Assembly: GCA_016932595.1 (NCBI GenBank)
Contig: JAFGCP010000309.1
Location: 1-39,555, forward strand
Source of the DNA: Deltaproteobacteria bacterium
GTDB lineage: Bacteria > Desulfobacterota > WTBG01 > CAIYCZ01 > CAIRTM01
Direction of reading: 5' to 3'
DNA: 39,555 bases
The notes beneath the pieces are model-generated. The model saw only the letters and a list, made by a program, of their open reading frames with translations, made no database searches and was not told where the DNA came from. A program made the translations under genes and the position numbers. Shown piece after piece: positions 28,557 to 37,776 of this stretch. Numbering within the stretch: position 1 is the first letter of the stretch; every line of letters starts with the position of its first letter.

Positions 28557-30690
28557 CGATGAACCTTCCATTGTGAATTCGCTTCGCGGCAGTCTTGAGG
28601 ACGAAGGGCATATACTGCTTACGGCTTCTGACGGCACCCGAGCCCTCGAGATCGTGCAATCTCATCCCGTGGACATTATTTTTCTCGATATCTGGCTTCC
28701 CGGGATGGACGGCATTCAAACCCTCAAAGCTGTCAGGGATTTTGACAGTGCTATAGAAGTTGTTATGATGACCGGTCACGGCACGGTGAACACGGCGGTT
28801 CAGGCCGTCAAGCACGGCGCCTTCGATTTTCTTGAAAAACCTTTTTCGTTTGATGCTGTTGTCGATGTAATAAGAAAAATAAAAGAAAAGCAGCAGGTGT
28901 CCGGTAAAGGCTCAGCAGGATCGAAAGCAGCGGACAGCAGCGGAGAACTGCCTGATTTGTCCGGAGAGAGCGATGCCATTTTAAGGGTTATGGACCAGAT
29001 CAAAAGCGCTGCATCCGGCACAGGGCATATTCTGCTTTTGGGAGAGATCGGGACGGGTAAGGAGCATGCGGCCCAGCTGATCCACAGCGGAGCGGGATTT
29101 AAGAAAAAAACCTTTACGAAGATCAACTGCGCTTTTTTGACGCCTGCTGAGCTCGAGGCAAAACTGTTCGGCGAAAACCAGCCCGGCAGGCAGGGCCTGC
29201 TGACCGGAGGGCTTTCAGGTGTGCTTTTCCTGCAGGCGCTTGATACTGCCCCGCCCGACATGCACAAGCGGCTTGCCGACCAGCTCGGCCAGCTGCTGCA
29301 GACGGGAGAAGGCGGGCTGCGTGTCGTCGCAGCGACGATTAAAACAGCGCCTTACGGAGTTTTGAAAAAGGCCCTTGCCGAGAGCTTTCAGCATACGATA
29401 CTGCTGCCGCCCCTGCGCGAGCGCCGCAGCGATATACCCGTTATGCTCAATTCATTTCTCGCCCGGTTTTGCAGGGAATATGGCTGCAGGGAAAAGCACT
29501 TTGCTGACGAGGCTCTTGAACTTCTGGTAAACTATGATTGGCCGGGCAATGTTAAGGAACTGAAGAACCTCACTGAAAAAATGATTGTTTCGGTGCCGAC
29601 AATAACCATTTCAGCCCAGGATTTGCCCTCGACGATACGCGAAGAGGCCCATCCTGTCTTCTCCCGCTCCTATGAGCACTTCTCAAGCATGGCAGAGGCG
29701 GAAGTTGCCTGGCGCAAAAATTATCTGCTGCATCATTTGCGCAAAAACGATCGCAATCTGTCAAGGACAGCTGCCGCAATACATATCAGGGAGAAGGAGC
29801 TGAAAAAATTAATCAAAGAATACGGCATTGCTTTTGCGAAAGAAAATCCGTCAGGTAAACGCTTTCAGAGAACGCTCAAACGGGCCATGGTGGTGAGCGG
29901 GCAGGGGCTGCATTCGGGAGACAAAACAGGGCTTATTTTAACGCCGCTGCCTCCCGGCAGCGGCATAGTATTCGGCAATATTTCAAGCGAAGATACGATT
30001 CCGGCATCCATTGAGTATGTGGTGTCGACCGACTATTCAACGTGTCTGCAGAATACCAACTCAACAGCCCGCACGATAGAGCATTGCCTCGCAACGCTGC
30101 ATTCCTATCGCATCACAAATCTTATGATCAAGATCAATAATGAAGTGCCCATCATGGACGGTTCTGCCGTTGATTTTTGTAAGATGATTGAGGATGCGGG
30201 TATTGAAGAGCAGGATGCTCCTGCCGATGACATCGTCCTTACCGAAAAATTTGTTATCGGTGACGTCGATGGCTCTAAAAAATACATGATAGTCGAGCCG
30301 GCGGAGCGATTTTCAATTCATTATATGCTGCAGTACCCAAAACCGGTCGGCCGGCAGGAATACACCTTTATCATGAACGACGAGGAATCCTTTAAGAAGG
30401 AGATTGCTCCGGCGCGCACATTCGGCTTTTTACGCGATATTGAGGCGCTTCAGGAGCGGGGGTTGGCAAGCGGCGGCAAGCTCAATAATTTTATTCTTAT
30501 CGACAATGAGAAGATTGTGAACACCGAGCTCCGGTTTCCCGATGAATTTGTGCGGCATAAAATTCTAGACATGATAGGAGACTTTTATTTGCTGGGCCGC
30601 CCCATCCGCGCACGGATAACTGCAAATATGACAGGGCATACCGACAATACAACGATGGTTCGTATGATTCGAGACCGCATGCATCTCTGA
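28528..30690 (+). CDS. lpxC: Fusion protein: NtrX-like REC + degenerate AAA+ + HTH joined to UDP-3-O-acyl-GlcNAc deacetylase LpxC
   Basis: REC (LVDDE, FLDIWLPGMDG, EKP); WPGNVKEL; from about 29866 QRTL..GQGLHSG, TIEH, EVPIMDGSA, IAPARTFGF, DEFVRHKILD, GH; single uninterrupted ORF. Confidence 0.93.
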   Translation: MKNLTILLVDDEPSIVNSLRGSLEDEGHILLTASDGTRALEIVQSHPVDIIFLDIWLPGMDGIQTLKAVRDFDSAIEVVMMTGHGTVNTAVQAVKHGAFDFLEKPFSFDAVVDVIRKIKEKQQVSGKGSAGSKAADSSGELPDLSGESDAILRVMDQIKSAASGTGHILLLGEIGTGKEHAAQLIHSGAGFKKKTFTKINCAFLTPAELEAKLFGENQPGRQGLLTGGLSGVLFLQALDTAPPDMHKRLADQLGQLLQTGEGGLRVVAATIKTAPYGVLKKALAESFQHTILLPPLRERRSDIPVMLNSFLARFCREYGCREKHFADEALELLVNYDWPGNVKELKNLTEKMIVSVPTITISAQDLPSTIREEAHPVFSRSYEHFSSMAEAEVAWRKNYLLHHLRKNDRNLSRTAAAIHIREKELKKLIKEYGIAFAKENPSGKRFQRTLKRAMVVSGQGLHSGDKTGLILTPLPPGSGIVFGNISSEDTIPASIEYVVSTDYSTCLQNTNSTARTIEHCLATLHSYRITNLMIKINNEVPIMDGSAVDFCKMIEDAGIEEQDAPADDIVLTEKFVIGDVDGSKKYMIVEPAERFSIHYMLQYPKPVGRQEYTFIMNDEESFKKEIAPARTFGFLRDIEALQERGLASGGKLNNFILIDNEKIVNTELRFPDEFVRHKILDMIGDFYLLGRPIRARITANMTGHTDNTTMVRMIRDRMHL

Positions 30691-30773
30691 TGCTGTGCCT
30701 CAGCCTGCGCGGTGCTTGTATCCGCGAGTTTGTTTGCTGTAAAACCCCCTGTTTTTTATCATACTGAGCACAC

Positions 30774-31463
30774 ATGAGCAATTCCCTGAATGTTGAGAAG
30801 AGCAGCGCAGCGGGTCCGGGTTCTTCTTCACGCCGCGAGCCTGACCAGATGGGCGCCGGCCGTACCCGCCTCTACCTTGCGCGGCATGGCGAGCTTGTCA
30901 CCTCCCATGAATGGCGGTATGTGGGCCATTTGGATGTAGCGCTCAATGATAAAGGACGGGCGCAGATAGCCCGCCTTGCCCGCAGGCTGAGCATGGAAAA
31001 AATAGATGTACTGCTGTCAAGCGACCTTATGCGCACGGTCGAGTCCGCCTGGATCATCGGCGCAGCCATCGGTCTTGAGCCGGCTGCTGAGCCTGCTTTC
31101 AGGGAGATACATCTTGGCCAGTGGGAGGGCTTGACGCGCGAGGAGATTACGGAGCGTTTTACGCAGGAGTTTGATCTTCGTTCCGCCGATATAGCCGGCT
31201 ACAGGATACAGGGCGGGGAGAGCTTTGCCGACCTGCGCGACCGCGTCATACCGCGGCTGACAGCCTGCCTTGATGAGCACCAGGGCAGGAATGTGCTGCT
31301 GGTGGCCCATGGAGGAGTGAACCGCATTATTCTGTGTCATGCCCTTGGGCTTGATTTAAACATGCTGCCCCGCATCGATCAGGCATATGGCTGCCTGAAT
31401 ATCATAGATTTTTTTGACGGCGTCCCGGTCGTTCACCTGATGAATGAAACGCCGTTTGATTGA
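30774..31463 (+). CDS. Histidine phosphatase family protein (CobC/phosphoglycerate mutase-like)
   Basis: LYLARHGE, SSDL.R, EI..G.WEG, GGES, VAHGG. Confidence 0.9.
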   Translation: MSNSLNVEKSSAAGPGSSSRREPDQMGAGRTRLYLARHGELVTSHEWRYVGHLDVALNDKGRAQIARLARRLSMEKIDVLLSSDLMRTVESAWIIGAAIGLEPAAEPAFREIHLGQWEGLTREEITERFTQEFDLRSADIAGYRIQGGESFADLRDRVIPRLTACLDEHQGRNVLLVAHGGVNRIILCHALGLDLNMLPRIDQAYGCLNIIDFFDGVPVVHLMNETPFD

Positions 31464-32358
31464 CTGGCTGCCGCCTGCGTATGCCTTGCCGCGGGGAGCG
31501 GGTTCGGCTGCCCGCGGTTCTGTAGCGGAAGATGCTCGTGGCAGCCTCTTGGGACACTGTATGGAACAGGCCGTTTATATACACTGCAGCGATCAGCTGC
31601 GCTACCTGAGTGATGATTTTACGCGGCTGTATTTCGGAGCGGAATTTTGTGAGCGCCTGATACCGCCGCGGCTTGAGCTTCAAACGGCGCTGCGCAGCGC
31701 CCGCGAAAGATCACTCGGCTTTACCTTTATGACCCCGTTTGTGACAAACCGGGGACTTGAGCAGCTCGAAGAGCTGCTGGCCGTGCTTGAGCAGAGCCTG
31801 CCTGATGCTGAAGTTGTTGTGAATGACTGGGGGGTGCTTCAGCTGCTGCGCAGCGAGCATCCCCGGCTCAGGCCCGTGCTCGGTCGGCTGCTCAACAAGA
31901 GCAAGCGCGGTCCGCGCCTTATGAATATTTTCGAGCAGCTTCCCGCCGAAACAAAGAGCTACTTTCAGGGCTCCAACCTTGACGTGCCGGCAGCCGTCCG
32001 CTTTCTGGCGCAGCAGGGCATCAGCCGCGTGGAGTTTGACAATCTTCTGCAGGGCCTGAACCTTGAGGGCACGGATGCAGGCCTTCACAAGTCGCTCTAT
32101 GTACCGTTTGCTTTTATTTCCGCAACCCGCTTCTGCCTGAGCGCCAACTGCGATGATCCGGTAAAGATGGGCTCAATCGGCATTTTTCCCTGCGGCAGAG
32201 AATGCCTGAAGTACAGCTTCAACCTGTATAATCCGGTCATGACCCTGCCGCTTATACGGCGCGGCAATGCTGTTTTTTTTATACATGAAACCATACCCGA
32301 TGCTGTTACCAGGCATCAGGTCGACCGGATTGTCGTGCAGCCGGAGCTGCCGGTCTGA
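31444..32358 (+). CDS. Divergent U32-family TIM-barrel protein (UbiV/TrhP1-like partner subunit)
   Basis: LYFGAEFCERLIP, TPFV, EVVVNDWG, LGRLL, RVEFDN, TRFC...C...PCGREC, RGN. Confidence 0.7.
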   Translation: MKRRLIDWLPPAYALPRGAGSAARGSVAEDARGSLLGHCMEQAVYIHCSDQLRYLSDDFTRLYFGAEFCERLIPPRLELQTALRSARERSLGFTFMTPFVTNRGLEQLEELLAVLEQSLPDAEVVVNDWGVLQLLRSEHPRLRPVLGRLLNKSKRGPRLMNIFEQLPAETKSYFQGSNLDVPAAVRFLAQQGISRVEFDNLLQGLNLEGTDAGLHKSLYVPFAFISATRFCLSANCDDPVKMGSIGIFPCGRECLKYSFNLYNPVMTLPLIRRGNAVFFIHETIPDAVTRHQVDRIVVQPELPV

Positions 32359-32360
32359 GC

Positions 32361-33368
32361 ATGAAGAAAATGAAGATACTCTCTCCGCTTGACAGCATCG
32401 AAGAAGTCGACAGTCTTGCAAGGGCCGGGGCAGGAGAATTTTTCTGCGGAGTCCTGGAAGACAGCTGGTATGAGAAATATCCGGTCATTTCCATCAACAG
32501 GCGGCCTGCGGGCAAAGGGCATTTCCGGCGCTTTGATGATTTGAAAGAAGCGGTCGCAAAAGCTCACGGTCTCGGCATACCCGTATATTTTACGCTCAAT
32601 GAGCATTATTACACGCAGGCGCAATACGATTTAATCAGGCGGTATCTTGACGGGGCGACAGGCGCAGGTGTCGATGCTTTTATCCTTACCGATTTCGGGC
32701 TTCTGCAGTTTATAAAAGAACAGCGCTATCCGGCGGCCATGCATATCAGCACCGGCGGAACGGTGTTCAACTGGCGCTCCGCAGCTTTTTTCAAACAGCT
32801 GGGCGCCTCCAATATTACCTTCCCGCGCCATCTCTCGATTGCGGAAATAGAGACTATTACGGCAAAGATGCCGCCTGTGGACACAACGGTTTTTGTGCTC
32901 AATTCCCGCTGCATAAACATCGACGGCTTTTGTACGTTTCAGCACGGGCTGGCGCGCAAAGAAGTGCCGCCCATGTTCAAAAACGCCTGCATGCTGCCTT
33001 TTGAGGTGCAGGTGTGCTCCAGCGATCAGAGCCTTCCTTTCATGCGGCAGGCATGCATGATAGAGCGGCAGCGCATATGGGAGCGGGTGCATGTTGATGA
33101 CCATCCCTGCGGCGCCTGCGCCCTGTGGGAATTTAAAAAGCTCGGCATCGGCAGCCTGAAAGTCGTCGGCCGCGGCAACCCCATTGAGCGCAAGCTGTGC
33201 GATGTGAATTTTTTAAAAACCCTTTTGGCCAGGCTTGATGAAAGCCCGGGGCAGGCTGAATTCCGCTCATCCGCCCGCATGCTGTATACGGCAACCTATA
33301 AGCGCGCGTGCAGAGCCGCTATGTGCTATTATCCCGAAGTGATGGCTGCACAGCAGGAGGGATCGTGA
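32361..33368 (+). CDS. U32-family Fe-S protein (UbiU/TrhP-like)
   Basis: ILSP, GAGEFFCG, YFTLN, GVDAFILTDFG, HISTG..VFN, FPRHLS, CINIDGFC..H..C, CGAC, SLKVVGR. Confidence 0.88.
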   Translation: MKKMKILSPLDSIEEVDSLARAGAGEFFCGVLEDSWYEKYPVISINRRPAGKGHFRRFDDLKEAVAKAHGLGIPVYFTLNEHYYTQAQYDLIRRYLDGATGAGVDAFILTDFGLLQFIKEQRYPAAMHISTGGTVFNWRSAAFFKQLGASNITFPRHLSIAEIETITAKMPPVDTTVFVLNSRCINIDGFCTFQHGLARKEVPPMFKNACMLPFEVQVCSSDQSLPFMRQACMIERQRIWERVHVDDHPCGACALWEFKKLGIGSLKVVGRGNPIERKLCDVNFLKTLLARLDESPGQAEFRSSARMLYTATYKRACRAAMCYYPEVMAAQQEGS

Positions 33369-34471
33369 AGCCAGATTACTACAGGGTGCTCGGCGTCGAC
33401 CGCAGGGCAAGCGCGGCCTCTATCAAGAAAGCCTACCGAAGCCTTGCCATGAACTATCACCCGGATAGAAATTTTGGCGATGAGCTGGCTGAAGAGAAAT
33501 TCAAGCTTGTGAATGAGGCCTATGCTGTCATCGGCAATGCCGGGAAGCGCAGCGATTATGATGTTTTTTTAAACCGTCAGGCTGCTGAGTCCAGGCGCCG
33601 CGAAACAACCCCACCGCCGCGCAATGATTTTTATATGCCCCGAGATGAAATGCTGCGTGATTTTTATGAGGGGTTTTATTTTCGACAGGACGTGCCCAAA
33701 AACCGGGGCAAAAAGGGGCAGGATCTGCGCCGGAATCTGAAGGTGAGCTTCAGGGATGCAGCCCTCGGAGGCGCCGCCGAGATACATATCCCCTTTTTGG
33801 GCGCCTGCCAGCAGTGCCGGGGCACAGGCATACGGGCCGGCTCGAAAACGGTTATCTGCCAGCAGTGCCGTGGCAGGGGGCAGGTGAACGACCGGCGCGG
33901 TGCGCAGCAGCAATGCCCATCCTGTAAGGGAGCGGGCAAAACAGCCACAGCGCTGTGCCCGCGGTGCACAGGCAAAGGCACTGCCTGGTCTGAGCGGCCG
34001 ATTCAGATACGCATTCCCCCTGGTGTTGAAACCGGAGCACGGCTTCAGGTCCGCGGCATGGGGTTGCAGGGCAGGGATGGCGGCGCAGCAGGGGATTTTA
34101 TGATTGTAGTGCATGTTGAAAAGCACCCTTTTTTCGAGCGTGACGGGCTGGATATTATCTGTGCTGTTCCCCTATCATTCTATCAGGCCATGCTGGGGGG
34201 ATATGTTTCTGTGCCTGCCCTGAAAGGGGTAAAAAAGATAAAGATTTCAAAAGGGTTACAGAACGGGGCTGAGATTCGGGTTCAGGGCGGGGGTGCCGTG
34301 TCGGAGGCTCACAACAGGCACGGAGATATGGTGTACCGCTTTCATATTGAAATGCCCAAAAAGATCTCTCTCATGGAAAAAAAGCTTTTGCGGCAGCTTG
34401 CAGAACTGCCGGTCCATGACGGGTACCGGCTTTTGTCCGCCTTCAGCAAAAAACTGCTGAAACATGGCTAA
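33365..34471 (+). CDS. dnaJ: DnaJ-family co-chaperone (class A-like paralogue)
   Basis: DYY.VLGV, HPD, four CxxCxGxG repeats, C-terminal DnaJ domain; GTG start after AGGAGG overlaps the upstream TGA. Confidence 0.9.
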   Translation: MKPDYYRVLGVDRRASAASIKKAYRSLAMNYHPDRNFGDELAEEKFKLVNEAYAVIGNAGKRSDYDVFLNRQAAESRRRETTPPPRNDFYMPRDEMLRDFYEGFYFRQDVPKNRGKKGQDLRRNLKVSFRDAALGGAAEIHIPFLGACQQCRGTGIRAGSKTVICQQCRGRGQVNDRRGAQQQCPSCKGAGKTATALCPRCTGKGTAWSERPIQIRIPPGVETGARLQVRGMGLQGRDGGAAGDFMIVVHVEKHPFFERDGLDIICAVPLSFYQAMLGGYVSVPALKGVKKIKISKGLQNGAEIRVQGGGAVSEAHNRHGDMVYRFHIEMPKKISLMEKKLLRQLAELPVHDGYRLLSAFSKKLLKHG

Positions 34472-35208
34472 TCAATCTCAGGTTCCTTTTTTTTCTCAAA
34501 AAAACGCACTGCAACAATACTCAGCTCGTATAAAATCAGCATTGGCACAGCCATCAGCAATTGATTGACCGCATCGGGCGTGGGAGTCAGTATTGCCGCC
34601 GCGATGAAAATACCGATAATGACCATCTTGCGGTATTTTTTCAAATGGCTGTGCTTAATGATACCCAGGCGGGCCAGGCAGATGATAAACACCGGCAGCT
34701 CGAAGACGATTCCGAATCCCAGCAGGAAAATGCAGCTGAAGGAAAGGTATTCGCCGATGGACGGCATTATTTTGACATACTGGGTATTATAGCCCATGAA
34801 AAACTTGAAGGCTTGCGGGAAGACGGCGAAATAGGCGAAAGCCGTGCCGCCGATAAAAAATAGTACCCCCAGGAGCACAAAAGGCATGATGCTCTTACGT
34901 TCCGTATCATACAGGCCAGGAGCGACAAAGGCCCAGATTTGATAAATGATAACCGGGCTTGCGACAAAAATGCCGGCAAAAAAGGCAAGCTTCAAATAGG
35001 TAAAAAAGGCTTCGGTAACGCCGGTGAAAATAAATGAGCTGCCCTCGGGCATTGCTTTGATCAGCGGCTCTGAAAGCAGCAAAAACAGCCGCTCAGAGAG
35101 ACCGTAACAGGCAATGAAACCGATGCCCGTAGCAATAAGGCTTATGACAAGGCGTCTGCGCAGCTCTTCCAGATGCGATGTCAGGGGGAGTTTTTCTTCT
35201 TCCATCAC
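34468..35208 (-). CDS. tatC: Twin-arginine translocase TatC
   Basis: HLEELRRR, YQIWAFVAPGL, FELP, AAILTPTPD, LYE. Confidence 0.97.
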   Translation of the reverse strand: MMEEEKLPLTSHLEELRRRLVISLIATGIGFIACYGLSERLFLLLSEPLIKAMPEGSSFIFTGVTEAFFTYLKLAFFAGIFVASPVIIYQIWAFVAPGLYDTERKSIMPFVLLGVLFFIGGTAFAYFAVFPQAFKFFMGYNTQYVKIMPSIGEYLSFSCIFLLGFGIVFELPVFIICLARLGIIKHSHLKKYRKMVIIGIFIAAAILTPTPDAVNQLLMAVPMLILYELSIVAVRFFEKKKEPEID

Positions 35209-35456
35209 AGGTTTTCTTTGTGATCTGGTATTTGCGCTTCGCTGTCACCTGGGGGAGTTTTTTTTGCCGGGGGAGGGGGTTCTTCCCGGGTCAGCGCATC
35301 AAGATCAAAATTCTGTTTAATGTCGTCTGTGGCATGCTTGAATTCACGAAAGGCTTTGCCCAGCGATTTTGCCAGATCAGGCAGCTTGCGGGGCCCGATA
35401 ATAAGCAGAGCAACAACCAGAATAATAATAATTTCCTGAAATCCCAAGCCGAACAT
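35205..35456 (-). CDS. tatA: Twin-arginine translocase TatA/TatB
   Basis: MFGLGFQEIIIILVVALLIIGPRKLPDLAKSLGKAFREFK; the GP..LP motif is TatB-like, so A versus B is uncertain. Confidence 0.88.
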   Translation of the reverse strand: MFGLGFQEIIIILVVALLIIGPRKLPDLAKSLGKAFREFKHATDDIKQNFDLDALTREEPPPPAKKTPPGDSEAQIPDHKENL

Positions 35457-35570
35457 GGTAATATAGCCCGTTTTTGTAGCGGAATTATATAATCTTTTTG
35501 TTGTTTGTAGCCGCTTTTTACAGTATTGTCAACCTAACATCCGGAATAAATAGTAGTACGGAGAAAAGCC

Positions 35571-36635
35571 ATGGGAAGAACGGTTGTTTTGAAGGACACA
35601 TGCTTTCTGGGCCATGTAACCCAGCATGGCCATCCGGAAAGTCCCGAGCGTCTGGAGGCAATTTATGCCATGCTTCAGAATGCTGATATGGCAGGATGTG
35701 TCGAAGAGATTTCCCCGCGCCGGGCGGCAAAAGCCGAGATTGCTCTGAATCACTCACCGGCCTATATTGATCGTATTGCCGCCACGGCAGGCAGGCCTCC
35801 CCTGAGCCTTGATCCCGATACCGGCACGTCTGAAGGTTCCTGGAATGCAGCTGCACATGCTGTGGGCGCGGTGCTGGACGGTATAGACAGGATACTTTCA
35901 GGGGCGGCTGATAATGCTTTTGCCCTGGTTCGGCCTCCGGGGCATCATGCCGAATACAGCCAAGCAATGGGCTTTTGCCTGTTTAATAATATAGCTATCG
36001 GTGCCCGCTATTTGCTTGAGAAGCACAACATGCAGCGGGTTCTGATTTTTGACTGGGATATTCATCACGGCAATGGAACGCAGCACTCTTTTTATGCCAA
36101 CCCTCAGGTACTGTATGTGTCAACTCACCAGTATCCCTACTATCCGGGAACGGGTGCTTTTGAAGAGACGGGGGACAATGCGGGCAGGGGGTTTACCGTC
36201 AATGTTCCTCTGTCGGGGGGGCAGGGCGACAGTGATTATGCCTGCATTTTACGTGAGATACTTGTGCCCCTTGCCCTTGAATACCAGCCCGAATTCGTGC
36301 TGGTGTCGGCAGGTTTCGACATTTACCAGCATGACCCGCTCGGCACTATGGAGGTAACCCCGCAGGGTTTTTATGCCATGACAGACATTATCAGAGAACT
36401 GGCCGATACGGTCTGCGGCGGCAGGCTGCTGCTTGTTCTTGAGGGCGGCTATCATGTGCTGGGCATAGCAGAAGCAGTGAAGCAGACCCTGCGTGCATTG
36501 AGCAGCACCTGCGGTTCACCGGTCAAAAAACCTGTCTGTTCGGGGGAGGATGCCCGGATTCTGCCTGCAACCCGTGCGAGCATGGATAAAGTAAAAAAAC
36601 TGCATTCGGCTGCCTGGAAGGTTTTTCGTCAGTGA
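35571..36635 (+). CDS. Histone deacetylase-family Zn-dependent deacetylase
   Basis: HPESPERL, RPPGHHA, GFC, DWDIHHGNGTQ, SAGFD, LEGGY. Confidence 0.95.
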   Translation: MGRTVVLKDTCFLGHVTQHGHPESPERLEAIYAMLQNADMAGCVEEISPRRAAKAEIALNHSPAYIDRIAATAGRPPLSLDPDTGTSEGSWNAAAHAVGAVLDGIDRILSGAADNAFALVRPPGHHAEYSQAMGFCLFNNIAIGARYLLEKHNMQRVLIFDWDIHHGNGTQHSFYANPQVLYVSTHQYPYYPGTGAFEETGDNAGRGFTVNVPLSGGQGDSDYACILREILVPLALEYQPEFVLVSAGFDIYQHDPLGTMEVTPQGFYAMTDIIRELADTVCGGRLLLVLEGGYHVLGIAEAVKQTLRALSSTCGSPVKKPVCSGEDARILPATRASMDKVKKLHSAAWKVFRQ

Positions 36636-36845
36636 AAAATGTTTGAACAAAAAGTCGTTTTTGTATCAGATGGAGCCCGAAACAAATTGTTCCGTCCCGT
36701 AAAATAAAACACTAAAAACAAATGGTTGCTATGAAATTTCAAGCTGCTGGCAAAGGTAAAAAATCCATGTTTCAGGGTTTTATGACAGCCCTTTACTGCA
36801 AAGCTTTTTTATGCTTATGGCAGGCTGATTTATCTAAGAAACAGC

Positions 36846-36874
36846 TTGACTTTTAGCATATAACCTTTTAACTT
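36846..36874 (+). promoter_or_regulatory. Putative sigma70 promoter of zapB-zapA
   Basis: TTGACT-N17-TAACTT about 40 nt upstream of the ATG. Confidence 0.55.
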
Positions 36875-36913
36875 AACTGGCAAAATATTAATTTTAATCG
36901 CTTGAGGTTATGG

Positions 36914-37141
36914 ATGGATACTCTGAATGCATTTGATACGCTTGCGCAGAAGGTGGAACTGATTATTGAAAAGTATGAAACAGTTGTAAAAGAAAAAGAG
37001 GCAATTGAGAAGCAGATAGCCGAGCGAGCGCAGGACCGCGACCAGATGATCAAAAAGATCGATGAGTTTACCAGTGAGCGCGGTGCAGTCAGTCAGCGTA
37101 TAGACGCACTGCTGGCTAAAATCGAGGAGCTCGGCATATAA
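36914..37141 (+). CDS. zapB: ZapB-like coiled-coil cell division protein
   Basis: Short all-coiled-coil protein (FDTLAQKVE...ER..V..RIDALLAKIE) directly upstream of zapA; GAGG RBS. Confidence 0.7.
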   Translation: MDTLNAFDTLAQKVELIIEKYETVVKEKEAIEKQIAERAQDRDQMIKKIDEFTSERGAVSQRIDALLAKIEELGI

Positions 37142-37158
37142 CAACAAGGCAGGCCTGG

Positions 37159-37437
37159 ATGGGGGAAAGTTTTCAAATAACGGTAATGGGGCAGACCTAT
37201 CTGCTCAAGGGCACGCATGACGCAGCGTATGTGGCGCGCGTCGAAAATTTCCTCAATGAACAGATCGAACAGGCCCGCAAAACAGGGGCAACGGCCGATA
37301 CGTTCAACCTTATGGTTCTGGTTGCTTTAAATCTTGCGGACGACTGCATTAAAAAAGATGATGCACTGAAAAAGCTGGCCGGAAGTATCGAGGCGGATTC
37401 CGAGCGGCTTGTAAAACTGATTGATTCGCGCTTGTGA
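37159..37437 (+). CDS. zapA: Cell division protein ZapA
   Basis: ITVMGQTYLL...YVARVE.F....VLVALNLADD; zapA-rny synteny. Confidence 0.9.
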   Translation: MGESFQITVMGQTYLLKGTHDAAYVARVENFLNEQIEQARKTGATADTFNLMVLVALNLADDCIKKDDALKKLAGSIEADSERLVKLIDSRL

Positions 37438-37557
37438 ATTATGTATACTCGTTTTTACCTATAAGGTTAAATTACATATTTTACATAAAATTTTTCTTGG
37501 AGGGATTTGGTTTTTTACTAGAGGGCTTTGAAAAGTCCTTATGTATAGATTGTCAGA

Positions 37558-37776
37558 CAGAACGGTGAATGAAAGCATAGCGGAGCAAAAGAAGCTAGAA
37601 AAAGGTTGCTACGGCCTTTAAACATTTATACAGAGTAACCACATGGCATATACTGTTTTTTCATTGCATGCCTGTTCATTCAGTGGGATGTGTTTGTAAC
37701 TGCTGTCATACATCCGCATACTGTTTTAGTGTAGAAAAATTTCTGTTGCCCGCCTTTCGTTTCGTTCACTGATCTG
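37558..37776 (+). ncRNA. Candidate divergent 6S RNA (ssrS) or other rod-shaped RNA
   Basis: 37558-37594 pairs imperfectly with 37740-37776; lies downstream of zapA, where ssrS usually sits; no primary-sequence match recognised. Confidence 0.4.

Noticed and set aside
29860-29900. lpxC as a separate gene merged by a sequencing error
   Set aside because: There is no RBS or start codon before the conserved QRTL N-terminus, and the first internal ATG would cut that motif. The degenerate AAA+ also fits a long-standing fusion. Read-level confirmation is still needed.
31444-33368. U32 proteins as collagenase-type proteases
   Set aside because: The family name is historical; the Cys motifs and characterised members point to Fe-S hydroxylation, and there are no signal peptides.
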